This document shows, in pieces, positions 57,922 to 64,000 of a DNA stretch of 64,000 nt. Source of the stretch: an uncultured Bacteroidota bacterium (lineage in GTDB: Bacteria; Bacteroidota; Bacteroidia; AKYH767-A; OLB10); contig CAINEC010000007.1 of assembly GCA_903847585.1 (NCBI GenBank), positions 8,112-72,111 of the forward strand, in the 5' to 3' direction. Each line of letters opens with the position of its first letter. Position 1 is the stretch's first letter. Under the pieces are notes generated by a model. That model was not told the origin of the DNA. It saw nothing but the letters and a program-made list of their open reading frames with translations, and made no database searches. Position numbers and translations under genes: made by a program.

Positions 57922-60249
57922 TCAAAAAGGATAACCAATTCCGAAGTTAAAAGTAACATCTGTTAAGTCATTAGCGCCAGCAGTCCAACGACTCCCTACC
58001 GGTTTTGAAGGGTCTTTCATTTTTACCGCCGCATCTAATCGGAAAATAAAGAAGGTAAAGTCACTTCGGATTCCAATACCAGAACCAATCGCAATTTCAT
58101 CTCCGAATGTATTTAAACTCACTCCTGAGCCAGGTTTGTCTTCCGAATCATTCAACAACCATATATTTCCAAAGTCTGTAAATACGGCCCCTTTTAAAAA
58201 CTTATATAGGTTAAATCGGTATTCAACATTACCAGTGATTTTAAATTCTCCAAACTGTTGAAATAAATCCGTTGTAACATTTGATCCGGGTCCAAGTGAG
58301 CGTGATCTCCATGCTCGGATATCATTGGGTCCGCCTGCGTAAAAGGCTTTTTCAAAAGGAACAAGTGTTGAATTTCCGTATGCATATCCTACACCTGATA
58401 CTAATCTTGTTACTAACGAAGATGTTTTGTTGAAGTTTAAATAATAACGGAAGTCAAAATCAGGTCGCACATATTGGGCATAACGAACTTTACCAATTAA
58501 GCGACTATTAGATTCCGATATTTTATAAGTATTAGTTGGAAGTAATGAAAGTGTGTTCCCTGCAAATTCAATATTGAATCGGAAAAAGGTGAAGTTGCCC
58601 GCCTTGCCTACAATTTGATTGTTATACAAATAACTAAAGCGGCCATTTATAATTAACTGATCTGTATAAGAGTTGATCAAGTTGATATTGTTGTATGATA
58701 ATAATTGTTCGTTGAATGCAGAATCTAAATCCACTTTCAAATAGTTGATCTCTGCAGGGTAAAAGTAAAAGCGATTGTATTTAGATATTCTCTTTGTAAA
58801 GTAATAAGATAAGTTGGCAAGTCGACGGAAGTATTCTGGTCGGCTTTGTACATTATAACCAATCGAAACTGAGGTAATGGGATTACTTACTTTTCTCGAA
58901 TTTCGAATAGTGAAAGGCCATAATCCTCTTGGAAAACTTAAACTTAATTCGGGACCAAATTCAAAGGTGTTGAAGAGTCCGAATTTATAAGCTTGATTTT
59001 CTTCTGTTGTTAATGATCGTTGTATTTCTAATCCACCTCTTATTTTAAATTCCAATAGTTCTGCTCCGCGAAAAACATTTTTATTTCTGTAGACAAAGCT
59101 TCCTGAAATTCCTAAGTTGCCACCGCTATTTGTTCCTTCTGCTTCAAATTTATACGACTGACGGTATTGTGGCGAAAGCATAATCTTACATTGATACTGA
59201 TTTCTGCCAAGACTATCTAATCCATCTATTTGTTCATATTTGATATTTACAAAACGAAATACACCTAGGTCCGCAAGTCGCTGGTAGGTTAAGTCAATAT
59301 TTTCTTGTGAGTAAAGTGAGTTCGGTTGAATGTAAATATGATCGGTTAAACGATTGAACTTATAGAGGAAAACTGTATCACGATTAGGATAAAAAACATA
59401 TTCATTAAAAACAGCACTATCGTTTATGGCTACACGATTTAAATCGATAGGCTCATAATCCATATCAACGCTTATGTTTTTATTTACGCCTAGCTGATGC
59501 TTCGGAATAATGCCATTTTTAATTTGTTCTTCCGTTGGATTAGGATTTGAAATAAGCATTGTGACTTCTGCTTGATTTGTTTTAAATCCTGTATCAACAA
59601 CAAATCGAATGTACTGCGAATTAAATGCGGCGAATCCGGTATTTCTCAACAATGAGGTAATCCGATCCCTTTCTTTTTGCAAGGTGGCAGATGAATAATT
59701 ATCACCTTTATGAATAACAGTTAATGAGTCGTTTTGTAATACTACCTGGCGTACTAACGAGTCATTAATATCATATTTTAGTTTTAGAAAAGTGTAGGGA
59801 GCATTACCCTGTAGGTTATAATATACAAATGATTTTTTCTTCCAATATTCAACGGAGTCGGAAACGACAGCGTTAAAAAAACCATTGTTCTGGAGTAAGG
59901 TGAGTAATTGCTCGCTTGATTTACGTACTTTAGAAGTATCAACTAATACTGGTTCTTCACCAACGGTTGATTTTAACCAATGATTAAATTTTGTTTCCTT
60001 TCCTCCGAAGGCAAAATTGTATACGCTTAAATGAAAGCGTACGAATCCGAAAATTTTCCTGTTAGGCTTTTGCTTAATAACCGCATTAAAGTTTTCTTTT
60101 AATTCGGGTCTGTCTGTTTTAATTGTATTTTTACAAAGCAAGTGCTTTCCATCAGGAACACTTTTGGTGGCCGAGCATCCCGTAAGGAATATAATCGATA
60201 AAAAAGATAAAATGACAACTAAGTAAATATTGTCTTTATGGCTCTTCAT
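57922..60249 (-). CDS. BamA/TamA (Omp85) family outer-membrane protein
   Basis: Lipoprotein-type signal (LTGC), POTRA-like N-terminal region, and a C-terminal beta-barrel ending in the FNFGIGYPF terminal aromatic signature. Confidence 0.8.
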   Translation of the reverse strand: MKSHKDNIYLVVILSFLSIIFLTGCSATKSVPDGKHLLCKNTIKTDRPELKENFNAVIKQKPNRKIFGFVRFHLSVYNFAFGGKETKFNHWLKSTVGEEPVLVDTSKVRKSSEQLLTLLQNNGFFNAVVSDSVEYWKKKSFVYYNLQGNAPYTFLKLKYDINDSLVRQVVLQNDSLTVIHKGDNYSSATLQKERDRITSLLRNTGFAAFNSQYIRFVVDTGFKTNQAEVTMLISNPNPTEEQIKNGIIPKHQLGVNKNISVDMDYEPIDLNRVAINDSAVFNEYVFYPNRDTVFLYKFNRLTDHIYIQPNSLYSQENIDLTYQRLADLGVFRFVNIKYEQIDGLDSLGRNQYQCKIMLSPQYRQSYKFEAEGTNSGGNLGISGSFVYRNKNVFRGAELLEFKIRGGLEIQRSLTTEENQAYKFGLFNTFEFGPELSLSFPRGLWPFTIRNSRKVSNPITSVSIGYNVQSRPEYFRRLANLSYYFTKRISKYNRFYFYPAEINYLKVDLDSAFNEQLLSYNNINLINSYTDQLIINGRFSYLYNNQIVGKAGNFTFFRFNIEFAGNTLSLLPTNTYKISESNSRLIGKVRYAQYVRPDFDFRYYLNFNKTSSLVTRLVSGVGYAYGNSTLVPFEKAFYAGGPNDIRAWRSRSLGPGSNVTTDLFQQFGEFKITGNVEYRFNLYKFLKGAVFTDFGNIWLLNDSEDKPGSGVSLNTFGDEIAIGSGIGIRSDFTFFIFRLDAAVKMKDPSKPVGSRWTAGANDLTDVTFNFGIGYPF

Positions 60250-60292
60250 TTTCAGCTGTAAAAATACAATATTAAACGAATATTAAATTTCA

Positions 60293-61048
60293 ATGGCTTC
60301 TAAATCAACCATAAGTTTTTTACGTTCTCTTCAACAAAAGAAATTCAGAAATGAGGAAGGATTGTTTATAGTGGAAGGTCCTAAAATGGTGTCCGAGGTA
60401 TTGAAGTCGGATTTCAAAGTCAAGCAGCTTTATGCTACCAGTAATTGGACACCCGACCAGCATACTTCCTTGCCATTAGAAATTGTTTCGGAAGCGGAGA
60501 TGGAGCGGGTGAGTGGACTTCAAACACCCAATAAAGTCTTGGCTGTTGTTGAGATGCCGATGATAGAAGGTCCTGTTAATACGCTATCTAAAGGCTTGCA
60601 TTTGCTTTTAGATCAGATCCAGGATCCTGGTAATCTTGGGACTATTATTCGCATTGCAGATTGGTTTGGGATATCATCTGTAATTTGTTCTCCTGATACT
60701 GCTGATGTATTTAATCCTAAAGTAATTCAAGCTTCTATGGGTAGTGTTTTTAATGTTAAAGTTCATTACACCTCGTTGGCAGATGTTTTAATTAAAAATG
60801 CGGCTGGAAATAAATGGCCTGTTTATGCCACGCTTTTATCCGGTGAAAATATTTACAATGCTGATTTTGCTGAATCCAGTTTTGTGATTTTAGGTAATGA
60901 AAGCCGCGGCGTAAATCCGGTTTTAAATTCATTCATAACTCAAGGGATTCACATTCCTCGCCCCTCAAATAAACCAAGTAAGGCAGAGTCGTTAAACGTG
61001 GCTGTTGCAGCAGGTATTGTTTGCAGCGAATATTGTAGAAAAAATTAA
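60293..61048 (+). CDS. TrmH/SpoU-family RNA 2'-O-methyltransferase
   Basis: DPGNLGTIIR, LGNESRG and SLNVAVAAGI SPOUT motifs. Confidence 0.88.
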   Translation: MASKSTISFLRSLQQKKFRNEEGLFIVEGPKMVSEVLKSDFKVKQLYATSNWTPDQHTSLPLEIVSEAEMERVSGLQTPNKVLAVVEMPMIEGPVNTLSKGLHLLLDQIQDPGNLGTIIRIADWFGISSVICSPDTADVFNPKVIQASMGSVFNVKVHYTSLADVLIKNAAGNKWPVYATLLSGENIYNADFAESSFVILGNESRGVNPVLNSFITQGIHIPRPSNKPSKAESLNVAVAAGIVCSEYCRKN

Positions 61049-61070
61049 CCCCTGAGATTAGCTTCAGGGG
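61049..61070. terminator. Bidirectional hairpin between convergent trmH-like and apaG genes
   Basis: cccctgag-atta-gcttcagggg begins immediately after the stop at 61048. Confidence 0.6.
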
Positions 61071-61094
61071 TCTTGGTTAACTGATTGTTGAGTG

Positions 61095-61487
61095 TCAGTT
61101 TAATCGTGATGGAACAACCATTTTAAATTCTGGAATTTTTACGAAAAAGAGTTTATGGTCTGTAACTCTCTCCATGAGGTAGGTTCCGTACATTTTTCCT
61201 ATTTCTGTATTTAGGTTACAACCAGAGACGTATCGATAGGTCTCGCCCGGCGCAATAAAAGGTTGCTCTCCAACAACACCTTCACCTTCAACTTCTCTAT
61301 GGGAGTTGTCAGATCCGATGATATGCCAATGTCGCTTTTTTAGTTGAACATTGTATTCGCTGTCGTTAGTAATTGTTATACGATAAGCAAAAACATATTG
61401 ACTGAATCCTGGAGTACTATGTGTTGGCTGGTAAAACGTTTCTACACTTACTTTTATCCCCGCTGTTACTTCTGTAAATATATTCAT
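61095..61487 (-). CDS. apaG: ApaG (DUF525) protein
   Basis: GIKVSVETFYQP..., RHWHIIGSDN..EVEGEGVVGEQP.IAPGE.Y.Y.S. Start at MNIFTE (61487) preferred over 61517. Confidence 0.88.
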   Translation of the reverse strand: MNIFTEVTAGIKVSVETFYQPTHSTPGFSQYVFAYRITITNDSEYNVQLKKRHWHIIGSDNSHREVEGEGVVGEQPFIAPGETYRYVSGCNLNTEIGKMYGTYLMERVTDHKLFFVKIPEFKMVVPSRLN

Positions 61488-61603
61488 GGTAGGTGAATGG
61501 CTTTTTAGGTTACCCAAAAATATAGCGGAAATTAATTACTCATGTCAAAATTTGACAAAGCGCATTAAAAGAGAGGTTAATGACCTTTATGATGGGTGAA
61601 AAA

Positions 61604-62911
61604 TTAATTCTCCAATTCCAAGTATCCTGAAAGTCGATCATAGCGACTTCCAATGTCTCTCGAATAAAAGAAAAGTTGATAGTTGTTTCTGGTTTCGAAG
61701 TGAGAGCCTTCAACCAATAGTGGTGAAGGGAAATTAGAAGATTTCTCCTTCACAAAGTATAAGTAGTTATAATAGCCTTGTTTAACTAATAGTGTTTTAT
61801 CATAACAGCCATTTTCTTCGTTGTAATTCATCGTGAAAGCTGGATTGAATTCCCAGTTAGAGAGCTCGCCAAATAAAAATACCTCCGCACTATCGAAGGC
61901 CTCCATTACGGGCAGATTAAAGTTCACGTAAACATAATCAGCTTCCAGGGCGTCATCACTTCCTTCATAAATTTTAATTAAAAAACGACCATTGATATCA
62001 TCTGAAACAGCATAACGTTGCGTGTTCTTTTTCTCTTCTCTTTTTAAGTAAACACTCGTTAATTTATTAAGCGAGTCAATTTGTATGTGATCAATATATT
62101 GCGTTAAAAATTTAATGCTTCTTACATCAAAATTTCTGAACTCGTTACCACCTTCAAATGTATTTTCCAAGTCGTAATTGTAATCCCATTCTTTATCTAC
62201 AATAAAAACAGGTTTTAATGTCGTTATAGCATTTTTGAAGTTGTTATTTTGAACAATTACAAGCTTACTATCATCGTAAGGATTGTTGATTTTGGTAGTT
62301 CCAATATTTACTTTCACATCTAATTCCTGATGGGTATTTCTGATTTCGATATCGTTAGCTCTTTGCACTTTCGTACTAAGTGCTGCTGTGTTTTCGGTAA
62401 TCCAGAAACGTTGGGTTAAGTAAATTTTCTCCGGATTTGAATTGTCATAAACAACTAAAAGATAATTTCCTGAAATAATCGGTTGTATATTCTCATTCGG
62501 AATGGTTAACTCGTAATGGTAATAATTCTGAATGGTATTGAATGAGTTTTTATAATTAAGAATATGATCAAAATTAAATCCGCTGATATAGTCGCTTTCG
62601 GTAAGAATACTTTTCTTTCCATCGCGATCATAATGGATAAATGTAAAACTCAAATCTTTTGCTTCTTCGCTTAGGTCATCAAACTGCAGCTTTAACTTTT
62701 CATTCGAGTTTAAAGCCAAAACAGGTTCACTTAAATTATTATTTAGTTTTGAAAAGATAATTGTCTTAAATGACTCATCGAATATTTTATTCTCGAACAA
62801 TAGTGAATCGGATGTCACCACTTGAGCAAACGATTGACTGCAAAAGAGGAGAACTACAGAAATAGCAGTGATTAATCTTCTGAAAGTAATTGCTCGTAGA
62901 TGGATTCCCAT
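61604..62911 (-). CDS. Secreted protein, possibly DUF5103 / T9SS plug-protein family
   Basis: Signal peptide ...LLFCSQSFAQ, 435 aa, beta-rich. The family label is a recollection rather than a verified match. Confidence 0.35.
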   Translation of the reverse strand: MGIHLRAITFRRLITAISVVLLFCSQSFAQVVTSDSLLFENKIFDESFKTIIFSKLNNNLSEPVLALNSNEKLKLQFDDLSEEAKDLSFTFIHYDRDGKKSILTESDYISGFNFDHILNYKNSFNTIQNYYHYELTIPNENIQPIISGNYLLVVYDNSNPEKIYLTQRFWITENTAALSTKVQRANDIEIRNTHQELDVKVNIGTTKINNPYDDSKLVIVQNNNFKNAITTLKPVFIVDKEWDYNYDLENTFEGGNEFRNFDVRSIKFLTQYIDHIQIDSLNKLTSVYLKREEKKNTQRYAVSDDINGRFLIKIYEGSDDALEADYVYVNFNLPVMEAFDSAEVFLFGELSNWEFNPAFTMNYNEENGCYDKTLLVKQGYYNYLYFVKEKSSNFPSPLLVEGSHFETRNNYQLFFYSRDIGSRYDRLSGYLELEN

Positions 62912-64000
62912 TCAGCTGTTAATGATTTTATTTCACTTTCAACCTCTCCTGTTTTACCTTGTAATTCTTTAACCGAATTAACATCTTTTAAAACATCTGG
63001 TTGACTCATTTTCAAATTTAACTCTTCTACTTTTTGCTTCAATGAATTGATTTGCTCTTCAATTTTTTTAGCTTTTTGCTCGAGCTTTTGCTTCTCTTTT
63101 TTGTTGGATGTGTTAGCAGGTTGCTCAACTTTAACTTCTTTCTTCTCTAACTTCGCTGAAGCATTTTTAGTCTTTTCGTTTTCTTTTTCTTTCGACTTTT
63201 TCAATTCGATGTATTGGTCGAATTCAACATAAGTGCCTGGATATTCTTTCAGCAAATGATCTTCGATATACCAGATTTTATTAGCGATACGCGATAAGAA
63301 GTAACGGTCGTGGGATACTACCACATAAGAGCCTTCATAACGGTTAAGGACATCCACCAATACATTCACACTTTGCATGTCAAGGTGATTGGTAGGCTCA
63401 TCGAGTAATAAGAAATTCGCTTTCGCAAGAATTGTTTTTGCTAAAGCCACACGTGCTCGTTCACCTCCCGATAAAACTTTAATTTTCTTAAATACCTCGT
63501 CGCCTTTTAATAGGAAGGCGCCTAATAAAGATCTCAAGTAAGTATCTGATTCTTCGGGTGCGAAAATCTGTAACTCTTCTAGAGCAGAGCTTTCTTTATT
63601 AAGTGACTCTAACTGATGCTGAGCATAGAACGAAGTAACTACATTGTAACCCGGTTCTGCTTTTCCTTCAAATTGTTCAGAGCCAAATAACATTCGTAGT
63701 AAGGTAGATTTCCCTTTCCCATTAGCACCAACAAATGCGATTTTATCTCCTCTTGAAACTTCTGCGTGCGCGTGATGAAAAATTACTTGGTTGCCGTAGC
63801 GCTTGTCTTCAATTTCCAATTTTTGTAGAACTCTTCCAGGGTTTTTGTCGACTGCAAATCGTACTCTAATTGCAGCAGAAGGACCTTCAACAGCTTCAAC
63901 TCTTTCTAGTTTTTCAAGCGCTTTCATTCTTGACTGAGCCGCACTCGCTTTTGATGCTTTGGCTTTAAATCGTTCAATAAATCGCTCTTGTTCTTTGATG
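62872..64000 (-). CDS. ABC-F family ATPase (C-terminal part; gene runs off the right edge)
   Basis: The frame stays open upstream of the track's Met at 63927 (IKEQERFIERFKAKASKASAAQSRMKALEKLE is the ABC-F inter-domain linker). It continues with Walker A GANGKGKST, signature LSGGER, Walker B LLLDEPTNHLD and a K/E-rich coiled-coil tail. Confidence 0.9.
   Translation of the reverse strand, partial: IKEQERFIERFKAKASKASAAQSRMKALEKLERVEAVEGPSAAIRVRFAVDKNPGRVLQKLEIEDKRYGNQVIFHHAHAEVSRGDKIAFVGANGKGKSTLLRMLFGSEQFEGKAEPGYNVVTSFYAQHQLESLNKESSALEELQIFAPEESDTYLRSLLGAFLLKGDEVFKKIKVLSGGERARVALAKTILAKANFLLLDEPTNHLDMQSVNVLVDVLNRYEGSYVVVSHDRYFLSRIANKIWYIEDHLLKEYPGTYVEFDQYIELKKSKEKENEKTKNASAKLEKKEVKVEQPANTSNKKEKQKLEQKAKKIEEQINSLKQKVEELNLKMSQPDVLKDVNSVKELQGKTGEVESEIKSLTAEWESIYEQLLSED

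Noticed and set aside
62872-62911. 40-nt overlap between the ABC-F stop and the start of the DUF5103-like gene as a possible frameshift or fusion
   Set aside because: Both frames are independently well formed: a complete ABC-F coiled-coil tail, and a clean signal peptide starting at the only available Met. I see no evidence of recoding. A non-ATG start further downstream cannot be excluded.

Overview
Low-GC chromosomal segment, probably from Bacteroidota: T9SS-type C-terminal sorting domain, BatD/BatE, TAnnTTTG-type -7 boxes, and a Rho with a long disordered insert. I cannot place it more precisely, and all family names come from motifs I recognise by eye, with no database search. The window is mostly housekeeping and catabolic genes. 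These include rho (5' part), a BatD/BatE pair, an LtaS-like, lipid kinase and methyltransferase operon, a degenerate dihydroorotase-like gene, two giant secreted proteins, hmgA plus a FAH-family hydrolase, ribBA, glmM, a cysteine desulfurase, paaABCD-GHIJ, a REC-first histidine kinase, a BamA/TamA barrel, trmH, apaG and an ABC-F ATPase (partial). The accessory part is a ~20.7 kb minus-strand Wzx/Wzy-type polysaccharide locus (29364-50092) of tightly abutting or overlapping genes. Three things deserve most attention. (1) A 545-bp intergenic region (25036-25600) holds five tandem stem-loops. Four share the apex CYUUACGGGR on stems of unrelated sequence, and three are followed by near-identical AACCUAAAA-type tails. 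I cannot assign this candidate structured RNA to any family I know. (2) A three-gene module inside the polysaccharide locus has two paralogous minimal nucleotidyltransferase-fold proteins flanking a degenerate formyltransferase-like/beta-propeller-like protein. (3) The locus has unusual export machinery: a Wzx flippase fused to a glycosyltransferase, and a Wzc tyrosine kinase whose tail is a near-perfect (Tyr-Gly)n repeat encoded by a hexanucleotide tandem repeat. I saw no CRISPR array, tRNA/rRNA gene, transposase or integrase.
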